The notes under the pieces are model-generated. The model was not told the origin of the DNA, searched no databases, and saw nothing but the letters and a program-made list of their open reading frames with translations. A stretch of DNA of 64,000 nt, from NCBI GenBank assembly GCA_963664435.2, contig CAXXKM010000003.1, forward strand, positions 896,001-960,000, written 5' to 3'. Each line of letters begins with the position of its first letter. Positions within the stretch are counted from its first letter, which is position 1. Both the position numbers and the translations under genes were made by a program. Of the stretch, positions 30,596-40,228 are shown in pieces. Origin of the DNA: Longimicrobiales bacterium (lineage in GTDB: Bacteria; Gemmatimonadota; Gemmatimonadetes; Longimicrobiales; Gaopeijiaceae).

Positions 30596-32792
30596 GGGGT
30601 CGCAAGGGTTCAGTAGGCTTGCTGATCCCGTGCAGCGTTGGATCTGGATGAAGGGATGGAAGACTCTTCACGAGATTCAGGAACGCGCGATTTCGACGCT
30701 GCTCGATGACAACCGGGACGTGATCATTGCCGCCGCCACCGCCGGTGGCAAGACAGAGGCCGCCTTCCTGCCGTTGATCTCCTCGGTGCTGAAAGATCCC
30801 CACAAGGACGGCTTCGATCTGGTCTACATTAGCCCGCTCAAGGCGCTGATTAACGACCAGTTCGGACGTCTGCAGGACCTCTGTGCGAAGATCGAACTGC
30901 CCGTCTATCCCTGGCACGGGGACATTTCTCGAGGAATCAAGGCTCGTGCCCGCAGGAAGCCACGTGGCGTCCTCTTGATCACCCCGGAATCGCTTGAGGC
31001 GCTCTTCGTGCTGCGAGGCCTTGAGATTCCACGGCTGTTCATTGGCGCAAGGGCAATCATCGTCGACGAGTTGCACGCTTTTCTGGACAATGAGCGCGGG
31101 ATCCACTTGCGGTCGCTCTTGACGCGGCTTGAGCTGGCTGTTGGTCGCCGGATCCGACGGGTGGGGTTGTCCGCAACGTTGGGCGAAATGGAGTTGGCAC
31201 AAAAGTACGTTCGGCCGGAAGCACCGGATGGGGTCGTTGTACTTGAAGACAGGTCGGCAAGTCAGGAACTCAAAGCCCAGCTTCGGGGCTACGTCCGGCA
31301 GGGGAATCAACCGAACAGCGATGACTCGGATGGAATGGCTGCACAGGACGCGGTAGCAAGCCATCTGTTTGACAGACTGCGTGGCAGCCGAAACCTGGTG
31401 TTCGCGGGGTCGCGCCAGAACGTTGAGTGGTATGCTGATGCGCTGCGCGAACGCTCGGAGAGCGCGCGTCTGCCAGCCGAGTTCTTCCCACACCACGCCA
31501 GTTTGTCTCGCGAGCACCGGATGGACTTGGAGGAGCGTCTGAAGACCCATCCGGCGACCACCGCCGTGTGCACGTCGACGTTGGAGCTCGGCATCGACAT
31601 AGGCGACATCGAGTGTGTAGCGCAGATCGGCCCGCCATTCTCCGTCGCATCGCTTCGACAGCGGCTCGGCAGATCAGGGCGGCGTGCGGGCGCACCCGCT
31701 ATTCTGCGTATGTATCAGATCGAGTCGGCGCCGAACGCGGACTCTCATCCGCTCGACCGTCTGCACCTGGGCCTAGTCCGCTCTATCGCGATGGTGGAGC
31801 TGTTGGTCAGCGGGTGGTGCGAACCCCCTCTTCCGCAGGCGCTTCACCTTTCTACGCTCGTCCATCAGATCCTGTCGGTGATCGCCGAACACGGGGGTAC
31901 CCGCGCAACCCACCTCTATGCGACGCTTTGCAAGCGGGGTCCATTCCGATGCGTTGAACCCCCATTGTTTGCACGCCTGCTCAGACAACTCGGAAGCCCC
32001 GAAGTGGCCTTGATCGAGCAGGCACCTGACGGAGTCCTCCTTCTCGGCCGTGAGGGAGAGCGGCTCGTGGAACACTACAGCTTTTACGCGGTGTTCCAGA
32101 CACCCCAAGAATACCGGATCGTCGATGGTCACAAGCTGCTGGGGACACTTCCGGTCGTGATGGTAGTGACGCCCGGCATGACGATTGTCTTTTCCGGGCG
32201 ACGTTGGCGAATCACCAGGATACATGACGGCGACAGGGTGATCGAAGTTACCGCCGACCGCGTCGGGCAACCACCCAAGTTCGGTGGTGCCGGAGGAGCC
32301 ATCCACGACCGCGTTGCGAACAAGATGCGTGACGTGCTGCTGGGGGAGGGTCGTCCCGTGTATCTCGATGCGACCGCAGCGATTCTCTTGGAAGACGCAC
32401 GCGTAGAATTCCGGCGACTTGGCTTTGAGCGGAGTTCGGTCCGTGGGATCGGCCAGCGACACTCGTTGATCGCCACAGGGGTTGGCACGATCAAGACCTC
32501 GACACTCGCACTGGCCCTTCGTGCCAAAGGCTACAGCGTCATGACTGATGACGGCTTCCTCGATGTCCGATGGCCCGAATCTATCCGACCTGTGGCGGAA
32601 GCACTGGAAACCATCGCCCGCTCGGGACCAGTTCCCGTTGCGAAACTGGCGTCGAGTGACTCAAACCTCAGCACGGAGAAATTCCACCGCTACCTAAGTC
32701 GCGAGCTCCTCATTGAGGATGTGGCCAGCAGCAGACTCGATGTTGCCGGACTGCCGCAGTTGGCGCGTCGGGTGGTTGGGGCTGGTCGATAA
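30570..32792 (+). CDS. sngC: DEAD/DEAH box (Lhr-like) helicase (Shango system)
   Basis: ATAGGKTEAAF, SPLKALINDQ, TPESLE, DELH, LSAT, TSTLELGIDIG, QRLGRSGRR; overlaps ATPase end; symbol assigned by gene order. Confidence 0.9.
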   Translation: MSSPHSNSEGSQGFSRLADPVQRWIWMKGWKTLHEIQERAISTLLDDNRDVIIAAATAGGKTEAAFLPLISSVLKDPHKDGFDLVYISPLKALINDQFGRLQDLCAKIELPVYPWHGDISRGIKARARRKPRGVLLITPESLEALFVLRGLEIPRLFIGARAIIVDELHAFLDNERGIHLRSLLTRLELAVGRRIRRVGLSATLGEMELAQKYVRPEAPDGVVVLEDRSASQELKAQLRGYVRQGNQPNSDDSDGMAAQDAVASHLFDRLRGSRNLVFAGSRQNVEWYADALRERSESARLPAEFFPHHASLSREHRMDLEERLKTHPATTAVCTSTLELGIDIGDIECVAQIGPPFSVASLRQRLGRSGRRAGAPAILRMYQIESAPNADSHPLDRLHLGLVRSIAMVELLVSGWCEPPLPQALHLSTLVHQILSVIAEHGGTRATHLYATLCKRGPFRCVEPPLFARLLRQLGSPEVALIEQAPDGVLLLGREGERLVEHYSFYAVFQTPQEYRIVDGHKLLGTLPVVMVVTPGMTIVFSGRRWRITRIHDGDRVIEVTADRVGQPPKFGGAGGAIHDRVANKMRDVLLGEGRPVYLDATAAILLEDARVEFRRLGFERSSVRGIGQRHSLIATGVGTIKTSTLALALRAKGYSVMTDDGFLDVRWPESIRPVAEALETIARSGPVPVAKLASSDSNLSTEKFHRYLSRELLIEDVASSRLDVAGLPQLARRVVGAGR

Positions 32793-32797
32793 CGGGG

Positions 32798-32833
32798 TTG
32801 CCATATTTCCATAACAACGATATGGTTTTCCAT
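32798..32833 (+). promoter_or_regulatory. vapBC promoter with CCATA/TATGG repeats
   Basis: TTGCCA-N17-TATGGT; CCATA three times plus inverted TATGG; no SD before ATG 32834. Confidence 0.6.
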
Positions 32834-33073
32834 ATGAAGACCACGCTGAACATCGATGACATCGTCATGCGGCGCCTGCGACGGGAGGCTGCCCGCCGCG
32901 ACACCACCATGTCGGCACTGGTGGAGGCGGGGCTGCGGATGGTTCTCGCGGACCACGGCGCCGCCGAAGACGAGGCCGGCGACCTGCCGCCCCTGCCCTC
33001 ATGGAACAGCGGCGGGCAGCTGGTGGATATCAGCAACCGCGAGGAACTCTACCGGGCGATGGAGGACGAGTGA
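32834..33073 (+). CDS. vapB: VapB-type ribbon-helix-helix antitoxin
   Basis: MKTTLNIDD..LRREAARR.TTMSALVE; directly upstream of a PIN gene. Confidence 0.85.
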   Translation: MKTTLNIDDIVMRRLRREAARRDTTMSALVEAGLRMVLADHGAAEDEAGDLPPLPSWNSGGQLVDISNREELYRAMEDE

Positions 33074-33523
33074 GTGCTGGTTTTCGACACCAACGTGCTC
33101 CTCTACGCGGCGGACGATGACTCCGACTACCGTGATCCCTGCCGTCGCTGGATCGAGAAGGCCCGGCGCGACCCATCGCCCGCCTTCCTGACCTGGAACA
33201 TCTGCTACGAGTTCCTGCGGGTAAGCACCCACCGCCGGGTATTCCGCTCGCCCTGGTCTCCTGCGCAGGCCCGGCGCTTCCTAAGCGCGCTGGTGGACTC
33301 CCCGGGATTCGAGATGCTGGTCTCGACGCGTCGTCACGCGGCGATCCTCGAGCGGACGGTGGCGGAGCTTCCTGACATCCGCGGGAATCAGATGCACGAC
33401 CTCCACACCGCAGTGCTCATGCGCGAGCACGGCGTCAGCCGAATCTGCACGCGCGACACCGGGTTCCACCGCTTTCCGTTCCTGACGGTGGTCGATCCTC
33501 TGCGGCGGAGCATTGGAGGGTGA
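33074..33523 (+). CDS. vapC: VapC PIN-domain ribonuclease toxin
   Basis: FDTNVLLYA, YEFLRVSTH, GNQMHDLH.A.LM.EHG, TRDTGFHRF. Confidence 0.93.
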   Translation: MLVFDTNVLLYAADDDSDYRDPCRRWIEKARRDPSPAFLTWNICYEFLRVSTHRRVFRSPWSPAQARRFLSALVDSPGFEMLVSTRRHAAILERTVAELPDIRGNQMHDLHTAVLMREHGVSRICTRDTGFHRFPFLTVVDPLRRSIGG

Positions 33524-33593
33524 ACGGCAGCCGCCTCGCTGGTTCCAAGAGGGTGGCGCAACCAGAGTCGCCCACGCTACATGCGGCGCGCGG

Positions 33594-34106
33594 CTACTTC
33601 AACTGTTTCGGGCGCACGTAGTATTCCAGGGTCCCGCTCGCCCCGGGCAGATCGGCCCAGCGGTCGATCTTGAACGAGAGGACGGCCAGGGCGCCGGTGG
33701 GATACTTGCGCTGCATTCGGGCGATCTTCTTCCTGCTGCCGAAAACGGAATGGCGCCAGGCGAATTCGGCGATGCCCGGGTTGTGCCCGACCACCGCCAC
33801 CGTGTTCGCCTCGTCGTCCTGCCTGACCAGTTGGTTCAGGATCGCCTGCATCGACGCGTGGTAGAGTGCCCGCCGATGCACGACCGGTATCTCTCCCAGC
33901 TCCGGCACCATGCGTTCCCAGGTTTCCGCAGTGCGGCGGGCGGCCGAGCACAGAACCCGGTCGGGAACCAGGTCGTGGTCACGGATCCAGGCTGCAACGC
34001 GGGGTGCGGCCGCGCGGCCCCGTGGTGCGAGCGGCCGGTCGAAATCCGCAAGAGTGTAGTCCTTCCAGTCGGACTTGGCGTGGCGGAGCAGAAGGATCCT
34101 CTTCAA
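33594..34106 (-). CDS. SixA-like histidine phosphatase
   Basis: LLRHAKSDW, DFDRPL..RG, CSAARRTAET, VGHNPG. Confidence 0.9.
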   Translation of the reverse strand: MKRILLLRHAKSDWKDYTLADFDRPLAPRGRAAAPRVAAWIRDHDLVPDRVLCSAARRTAETWERMVPELGEIPVVHRRALYHASMQAILNQLVRQDDEANTVAVVGHNPGIAEFAWRHSVFGSRKKIARMQRKYPTGALAVLSFKIDRWADLPGASGTLEYYVRPKQLK

Positions 34107-34115
34107 GGGCGGCGC

Positions 34116-34283
34116 TCAGCGGTGTTTTCGTCGCCGCCACCCGTACCCCGGAGGAGCGGGCGGCTTCGGAAGACGGAACGGGTTGTCGGGCTTTTCGGCG
34201 GTCGGCAGTTTCGGCTTGCGCGGCTTCTGCACGCGCGGCTTGTCGAACACGCCTCCCTTCCTTGTGATCAGCTTCCAGATCAT
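34116..34283 (-). CDS. Small Lys/Pro/Arg-rich hypothetical protein (55 aa), not in the ORF track
   Basis: GGGAG upstream of ATG; MIWKLITRKGGVFDKPRVQKPRKPKLPTAEKPDNPFRLPKPPAPPGYGWRRRKHR; mostly G/C third positions; stop 9 nt before the sixA-like start. Confidence 0.55.
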   Translation of the reverse strand: MIWKLITRKGGVFDKPRVQKPRKPKLPTAEKPDNPFRLPKPPAPPGYGWRRRKHR

Positions 34284-34394
34284 GATGCGGGCTCCCTGGG
34301 AATGCGAGGGGATGCTACGCGAATACGGATCGCTACGACAGGGGCCGGCCCGCCGTTTCGATCCCCGACGCGACGGAGAACCGGACCTCGCGTG

Positions 34395-35702
34395 CTATGC
34401 ATCTCCCGAAGGCAGTTCGCGATTCGCTTCCTGGATGGTCCCTCCCGTCGCTCGGCGCAACACCTGCTGGATGTCGAGGCCGAGCACCGACGCCAGCCCC
34501 TCGAGCGTCCCGTAAGCGCCCCGGACCCGCTGGTTCAGCGCATTGGAGACACCTTCGCCCTCCCCCCCGTCCATGACCACTAAGCGGTCGATATCGACCC
34601 CTTCCACTGCTCCCACGGCGATCTCCAGCAGCTCCGGCAGCTTCTCGGCCATGAAGACGGCGAAGGCCGCATCCCCACCGGTCTGGACCTCCGCGTAGAG
34701 CCGCCTGAGCACCTCCACCTGGGCCTTGCCGCGCTCCAGGATCGGTGCCGCTTCCGCCTGGGCGCGGGCGAACGCGGCCATCTTCGCGGCCTTGGCGGGC
34801 TCCACCACGTCCGCGCGCAGACGCTGTTCCTCGCGCTCGACCCGCTTCATCTCGAGGATCTTTTCGGCCTCGACCTCGGCTTCCTGCGCCTTCACGCGCG
34901 CGATCTTCTCGGCCGTCTCGCCCTGGCGGTCGAGCTCCGCCTTGCGGACGCGCAACTCGTTCTGCGCCTCGGCTACCTTGATGGAGGCGGCGGCCTCGCG
35001 CACCTGGGCGCGGCGGCGTGCCTCGGCCTGGGCTTCGCGGGTGTCCGCCTCGGCCTGCGCCTCCGCGATCTCGGCCGCCCGGATCGCCTCCGCCGACTTC
35101 TCGCGTCCGATGGCCTCGAGGTAGCCGCGCTCGTCGCTGACGTTCTGGATCTTGAGGACGTCCAGGTGAAATCCCAGGGACGCCAGGTCCTCGCCGGCGT
35201 CATCGGCCAGCGCCTTGGCGAACCCGAGGCGGTCTTCGTTGACGGCCTCGGGGGTGAGGGTCGCGAGCACGCCGCGCAGGTTGCCGGTCAGGGTGTCCTG
35301 GGCCAGTTCGCGCACCTCGTCCTCCGTCTTCCCCAGCAGACGCTCGACGGCGTTGTTGAAGACCCATTCCGGCTCGGAGGCGATCTTCACGTTGGCGATG
35401 GCCTCGACGCTGAGCGGGATGTTCCCCTTGGAGAAGGCGTTGTTGACCGAAACCTCGATGGGGATGGTCTCGAGGTTCATGTGCTGCACGGTCTCGATGA
35501 TGGGCACCCGCAGCGTGCGGCCGCCGGAGATGGAGCGGTATCCCACCGCCTGCCCGTCGGAGGACGTGCGATTGCGTCCCGTGAGCACGGCGGCCCGGTT
35601 GGGCGGCACGATGACAATCAGGCTCTTGATGGTGATGATGAACACGATCACCGCCACCAGGACCACGAGGGCCATGGTCAGGGGTGCGGCCAGGAATTCC
35701 AT
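34395..35702 (-). CDS. Flotillin/SPFH domain protein
   Basis: N-terminal TM, GGRTLRVPIIE, GNLRGVLATLTPE..NEDR, LKIQNVSD, Ala/Glu coiled coil; GAGGAGG RBS. Confidence 0.92.
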   Translation of the reverse strand: MEFLAAPLTMALVVLVAVIVFIITIKSLIVIVPPNRAAVLTGRNRTSSDGQAVGYRSISGGRTLRVPIIETVQHMNLETIPIEVSVNNAFSKGNIPLSVEAIANVKIASEPEWVFNNAVERLLGKTEDEVRELAQDTLTGNLRGVLATLTPEAVNEDRLGFAKALADDAGEDLASLGFHLDVLKIQNVSDERGYLEAIGREKSAEAIRAAEIAEAQAEADTREAQAEARRRAQVREAAASIKVAEAQNELRVRKAELDRQGETAEKIARVKAQEAEVEAEKILEMKRVEREEQRLRADVVEPAKAAKMAAFARAQAEAAPILERGKAQVEVLRRLYAEVQTGGDAAFAVFMAEKLPELLEIAVGAVEGVDIDRLVVMDGGEGEGVSNALNQRVRGAYGTLEGLASVLGLDIQQVLRRATGGTIQEANRELPSGDA

Positions 35703-35834
35703 TATGCGCCTCCTCTTGTGCCATTCCGGCATGGCGATCTTGTATTGTGCCGTACGTCATCCCGCAGTTCTCGCCGCGCGGCGTGACGCGGAACGCTTCC
35801 GTGGCAGCGGATCGGGATGCTCGGCTCGACGTCG

Positions 35835-36401
35835 TCAATCATCGATCAGCTTCATCTCCACCGGTACCACGGCGGCGATCCCCGACGCCATGCTGACCAC
35901 CACCACCGATTGACCTGGACGGAGCGTGCTGTCCGGGGGACAGCTCGCGTCCAGTCGGGCGCGGATGCCGTGGCGCCGGTCGCCGCGCAGCACCCGTATC
36001 GAGCCCGGGCTCGCGGCCGTGATCTCGAGCGACACTTCCGCGGTCAACCCCACGAAGGACTGTTCCCCCAGCATGGTTCCGGTGTTTCCTCGCTTGAGGA
36101 ACCCGAACGCGGCTCCGATGAGCGCGCCCGTGGCCAGCCCGGTCACGCCTGCGACGATGGCGGTCAGTCCGGGCCGGCCGCCGCCCCACACCAGATGCAG
36201 AAGGGTGCCGGCCGCACCGAAACCGAAGAGGGCGTAGATGATGGCCCGCAGCGAGAAGAGCTTCCCGACATCGCCGACGTCCCCGATGCCGAGATCCGCG
36301 TCTGCGTCAATGTCGGCGTCAGCTTCCAGAAAGTCGCCGAAGAGCGACAGCAGCAGGAAGCCGCCGCCCACGACGAGGCAGAAGATGTACGCAGCGAGCA
36401 T
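35835..36401 (-). CDS. NfeD-like membrane protein (flotillin partner)
   Basis: Three TM segments with an acidic loop, C-terminal OB-like beta region; upstream of flotillin. Confidence 0.75.
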   Translation of the reverse strand: MLAAYIFCLVVGGGFLLLSLFGDFLEADADIDADADLGIGDVGDVGKLFSLRAIIYALFGFGAAGTLLHLVWGGGRPGLTAIVAGVTGLATGALIGAAFGFLKRGNTGTMLGEQSFVGLTAEVSLEITAASPGSIRVLRGDRRHGIRARLDASCPPDSTLRPGQSVVVVSMASGIAAVVPVEMKLIDD

Positions 36402-36564
36402 GGACGGTCCTCACTCGGTCGCATGGCGAGGATCCGCGGCACGGAGTCGCGCATGCCACAACGGCAGGGGCGGAAATCTACCGGTTTGCGCGCGAGCGGC
36501 GAAACCCCGCCGGCCCGGCCCGGCTGCGCGATCGGGCCCGGGCCATCGAGGCGCGGATTCCCGG

Positions 36565-38697
36565 CTACATCGCCGGCCGAGCCTTCAGCCACTGTTCCCA
36601 CCACTCGAGCTGGACCCAGGTGCGGTGCACCATGCGCCAGGGGGTCCAGCCGCCGTGGTAGGACTCCGGATAGCGCACGAACTTCGCCGGGACCCCCTGC
36701 TTGTGCAGGGCGACGTACATCTGTTCGGCCTCTTCGATGGGAACCCGATGGTCGGACTCTCCGTGCACGAAGAGGGTCGGGGTGGTGACCCCGTCGGCGT
36801 GGATGATGGGCGAAGAGCGCAGCAGGTTCTCGAGCCCGCGCTCCTCCCAGGGAGGCCCGAAGAACTCGCTTTCCTTGGTGCGCGGGATGTCCGCGACGCC
36901 GTAGTCGCTCACCCAGTTGGAGATGGAGGCCCCCGCGATGGCGGCCGCGAAGCGGTCGGTCCGGGTGATGACCCAGTTGGTCAGGTAGCCGCCGTACGAG
37001 TAGCCGGTCACGCCCATGCGCCCGGTGTCGATGCGGTAGTTGTCGATGGCATGGTCGACGCCGGCCATGACGTCGTCGTAGTCGTTGAAGCCCCATCCGC
37101 CCCAGGTGCCCCAGCGGAAGTCCTCGCCATAGCCGGTGGAGGCGCGCGGGTTCGTATAGAGGACCATGTACCCCTGCGCGGCCAGCAGCTGGCGGTCGAA
37201 GGAGAAGTCGTTGCCGTACATCCCGTGCGGCCCGCCGTGCATCACGAGGACCATGGGGAAGTCGCCGCTCCCGGCCTCGTAGCCGCGCGCCGGCAGCATC
37301 CAGCCCTCCACCTCGGTGCCGTCGGGGCTGTGGAAGATGAGGTTTTCGGGTTCGGAGAGGTCGAGTTCGGCCAGCAGCGCCGCGTTCACCTCGCTCACCC
37401 GGGTCTCGGCGGCGCCCGATACGGGCGCGACATGGATGTCGCCGGGTTCGGTGGGAGTGGTGACCCGGTAGGCCATGCGCGAGAAGTCGGCCGAGAAGGA
37501 GAAGCCCGCCAGCCGGCGGTCGCCCCCGGTGACCTGTTCGACCGCGCCGCCGTCCACGGCCACCCGGAAGAGGTGGGTGTTGCCGCTCACGCCCACCGAG
37601 AAGTAGACGTGTCCGTCCGGCGACGTGACGGGCCCGCCGGGGATCAGGTCCCAGTCGGCGGTCAGGTTGCGTCGGCCACCGCCGTCGGGGTCGAAGGCGA
37701 AGAGGTCGTTGGCCGCCCCGCGGTCCCTTCCCTCGCGGATGATCACGTCCAGCCCCTCGTTGCCGCGGACCACGATGCGGCGGCCGTCTGCCGACCAGGC
37801 GGGCCCGGAGTAGTTGTACTCGTCGTCGGTGAGGCGGGTGACGGCGCCGTCCAGGTCTACGGTCCAGAGGTCCGCACGCTCGTAACTGAGCTCGTCGCGC
37901 TGGTGCGCGTCGGCGGTGAAGGCGAGGCGCCGGCCGTCGGGGCTCCACGCCAGGCCGGCCGCGTCCACGCCCAGGTCGGTCAGGCGGCGGGGTTCACCTC
38001 CGGTGGCCGGCAGCACGTACACTTCGCGCGGGGGGGTGGCGGCGGGGTCGCGGGGGTCGGCCAGGTAGCCGCGGCGGTCGAAGCGGTAGTTCATCCAGTC
38101 GTAGGTGCGCCCGTCGAAGCGCTCGACCGTTCGGCGCTCGAAATCGGAAGCGTACACGGGCTCGGGGCCCGGTTCGGGCGGGGTGGGCCGGGTGAACGCG
38201 ATCCACTCGCCGTCGGGGCTGAACACCGGCGACCCGCTCAGCCCCTCGATCTGGAAGGCCTCGCCCGCGGGCTGGTCCATGCGCAGAAACCAGGTGCTGC
38301 CGCCGCTCTCGCCATCGGGACCCAGGCGGTTCGATGTGAAGACGAGCAGGCGCCCGTCGGGTGACCAGCCGGGCCCGGAGGCGCTGAAGCTCGGGCTGGT
38401 AAGCCGCACCGGCTCACCGGCTCCCGCCGCGTCCGCGAGCCAGATCCCGCTGTGGCTCCGGTTCTCCTCTTCGAGGACCGACGTGACGACGAACACGACC
38501 TGCGACCCGTCCGGCGAGATGGCCGGGCTGCCCGCGTTCTTCAGCCGGTAGTAGTCCTCGAGCTCGACGGGCCTCCGCTCCTGGGCGGCCAGCCCCGTGG
38601 CCAGCGGCTGCACGCCCGCGAGACCGAACGAGAGGAGCGACAGGGCCGCGGCGGCAAGGGCGAAGCGGCGCAGGACGGACACGGGACGCGGAATCAT
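36565..38697 (-). CDS. S9 family peptidase (acylaminoacyl/dipeptidyl peptidase-like)
   Basis: SPDG repeats, HGGPH, GYSYGG, HGESDHRVP, YPESYH; signal peptide. Confidence 0.94.
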   Translation of the reverse strand: MIPRPVSVLRRFALAAAALSLLSFGLAGVQPLATGLAAQERRPVELEDYYRLKNAGSPAISPDGSQVVFVVTSVLEEENRSHSGIWLADAAGAGEPVRLTSPSFSASGPGWSPDGRLLVFTSNRLGPDGESGGSTWFLRMDQPAGEAFQIEGLSGSPVFSPDGEWIAFTRPTPPEPGPEPVYASDFERRTVERFDGRTYDWMNYRFDRRGYLADPRDPAATPPREVYVLPATGGEPRRLTDLGVDAAGLAWSPDGRRLAFTADAHQRDELSYERADLWTVDLDGAVTRLTDDEYNYSGPAWSADGRRIVVRGNEGLDVIIREGRDRGAANDLFAFDPDGGGRRNLTADWDLIPGGPVTSPDGHVYFSVGVSGNTHLFRVAVDGGAVEQVTGGDRRLAGFSFSADFSRMAYRVTTPTEPGDIHVAPVSGAAETRVSEVNAALLAELDLSEPENLIFHSPDGTEVEGWMLPARGYEAGSGDFPMVLVMHGGPHGMYGNDFSFDRQLLAAQGYMVLYTNPRASTGYGEDFRWGTWGGWGFNDYDDVMAGVDHAIDNYRIDTGRMGVTGYSYGGYLTNWVITRTDRFAAAIAGASISNWVSDYGVADIPRTKESEFFGPPWEERGLENLLRSSPIIHADGVTTPTLFVHGESDHRVPIEEAEQMYVALHKQGVPAKFVRYPESYHGGWTPWRMVHRTWVQLEWWEQWLKARPAM

Positions 38698-38932
38698 GGG
38701 ATCCTCCGGGTGCGATGGACTTCCGTGCAATGTGAACGGCGCACCCGCGGGAGTCCACCAGGCAAAGCCCCTGGGGGGAGGCCGGACACGGCCGACTTGA
38801 CCGCCGACGGGTGGTCCTGAATGCTAACCGCGTGGAGTGCATCAACGGCTGATGCCGGCCGCGGCATCCAGGCACGGTCGGCGCTCAGTTCCGCGGCCGG
38901 GTCGCGGGAACACCTCTCAGGACAGTGCACCA

Positions 38933-40228
38933 ATGAGCGTTACGCAGAACGAGCCGGGCTCCTCCCGCACATTCCTCCGGTTCCCCGACTCATTGTGGTC
39001 CGCTCTCGCCACCGCTGCGGTTGTAATCGCCGCCGCGTGCGCGACCGATGCTCCGGAACCGTCCATGGAAGCTTCCGATGCCATGGCCGCGGAATCGGCT
39101 CCGAGCGTCACCGGCGCCGACACCGGCCCCGACACCGGCCCGATGCTCGACCTGGAAACCGCGCTGTCCCTCGCCGCGATGCCCCTCTCCTGTGTGGACC
39201 GCCCCCACGCGCTGCGGCCGGACCGGGCCGGCTACCTGGACGACATCAGCTACACCCGGCGCCGCGACTTCGACCGGAACCGCGCCTTCTACGGCTGCTG
39301 GGACTGGCACTCGGCGGTGAACTCGACGTGGGCGATGGTGCGGCTGGTGAAGGAGATGCCGGAGCTTCCGGTGGCCCCGCTCATCCGCGAGAAGCTGAGG
39401 GACCACCTCTCCGAGGAGGCCCTCGCCGGCGAACTCGAGTACCTGTCGGACAACCCGTCCTTCGAGCGGCCCTACGGCTGGGTCTGGCTCCTCCTGTTGC
39501 ACGGTGAGCTGGCGTCCTGGGACGATCCCTTCGCCGCCAGCTGGGCCGAGCGCCTCGAACCCGTGGTGAGCCATCTGAGCGACCGCCTCGTCGACTACCT
39601 CGCCGACCTGGAACGACCGGTGCGCACCGGCGTCCACCCCAACACCGCCTTCGCCATCGCCACAGCCCTGCAGGCGGAGGAGATGGCCGAACGCCCCGAA
39701 CTCGAGGAGGCGCTGCGGGCGTCGGCCGAGCGCTTCTTCGGGGCAGACCGCAACTGCCCGGTCGCCTACGAGCCCGGCCGTTCCGACTTCCTCTCGCCCT
39801 GCCTGGAGGAGGCCGCGGTCATGGGCATGGTGCTGGATCCGGAGCTCTACGCCACGTGGCTCGGCGGCTTTCTGCCTCCGCTCGACTCCGACGAGTTCGA
39901 GCCGCTCCGCGAGACGAATCCAGCCGGCGCGCGGGAGGACGAGCCCCCCGAGGGCGGCGACGTGGTCACCAACGACTCGCTGAGGTCGGCGTACGGCACC
40001 TACTCCCACCTCATCGGGCTCGCGTTTACCCGTGCGGATGCGATGCTGCGCATTGCGGCGGCGCTTCCCGACGGGGACCCCAGGGCCTCCGAGCTGCGCG
40101 CGATGGCAACCGAACACGCCCGCACCGGCTACGCCACCATGTTCGACGCGGACTACGCCGGATCCCACTGGATCGGCTCGTTCGCGCTCAAGTACCTGGT
40201 TCTGACGACAGGAGGCTCCTCGCCATGA
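38933..40228 (+). CDS. DUF2891 domain lipoprotein
   Basis: FYGCWDWHSAV, FERPYGWVW, GVHPNTAFA, DFLSPCLEEA, YAGSHWIGSFA. Confidence 0.88.
   Translation: MSVTQNEPGSSRTFLRFPDSLWSALATAAVVIAAACATDAPEPSMEASDAMAAESAPSVTGADTGPDTGPMLDLETALSLAAMPLSCVDRPHALRPDRAGYLDDISYTRRRDFDRNRAFYGCWDWHSAVNSTWAMVRLVKEMPELPVAPLIREKLRDHLSEEALAGELEYLSDNPSFERPYGWVWLLLLHGELASWDDPFAASWAERLEPVVSHLSDRLVDYLADLERPVRTGVHPNTAFAIATALQAEEMAERPELEEALRASAERFFGADRNCPVAYEPGRSDFLSPCLEEAAVMGMVLDPELYATWLGGFLPPLDSDEFEPLRETNPAGAREDEPPEGGDVVTNDSLRSAYGTYSHLIGLAFTRADAMLRIAAALPDGDPRASELRAMATEHARTGYATMFDADYAGSHWIGSFALKYLVLTTGGSSP

Noticed and set aside
29297..32792. BREX system
   Set aside because: ATPase is BrxD-like, but there is no pglX/pglZ/brxC; the TerB partner fits Shango.
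26648..33523. Prophage, IS or integrative element
   Set aside because: No integrase, transposase, tRNA or flanking direct repeats recognised; only composition suggests foreign origin.
36238..38364. Long antisense/alternate-frame ORFs (also 5134-7329, 6551-8620, 51128-53005, 53593-55494, 61402-63567, 61547-63985)
   Set aside because: Shadow ORFs of high-GC genes: Arg/Gly/Pro-rich, no motifs, overlapping well-supported CDSs.
38760..38932. Glycine riboswitch (CTCTCAGG seen)
   Set aside because: Other conserved elements such as GCCGAAG are missing and the downstream gene is unrelated.
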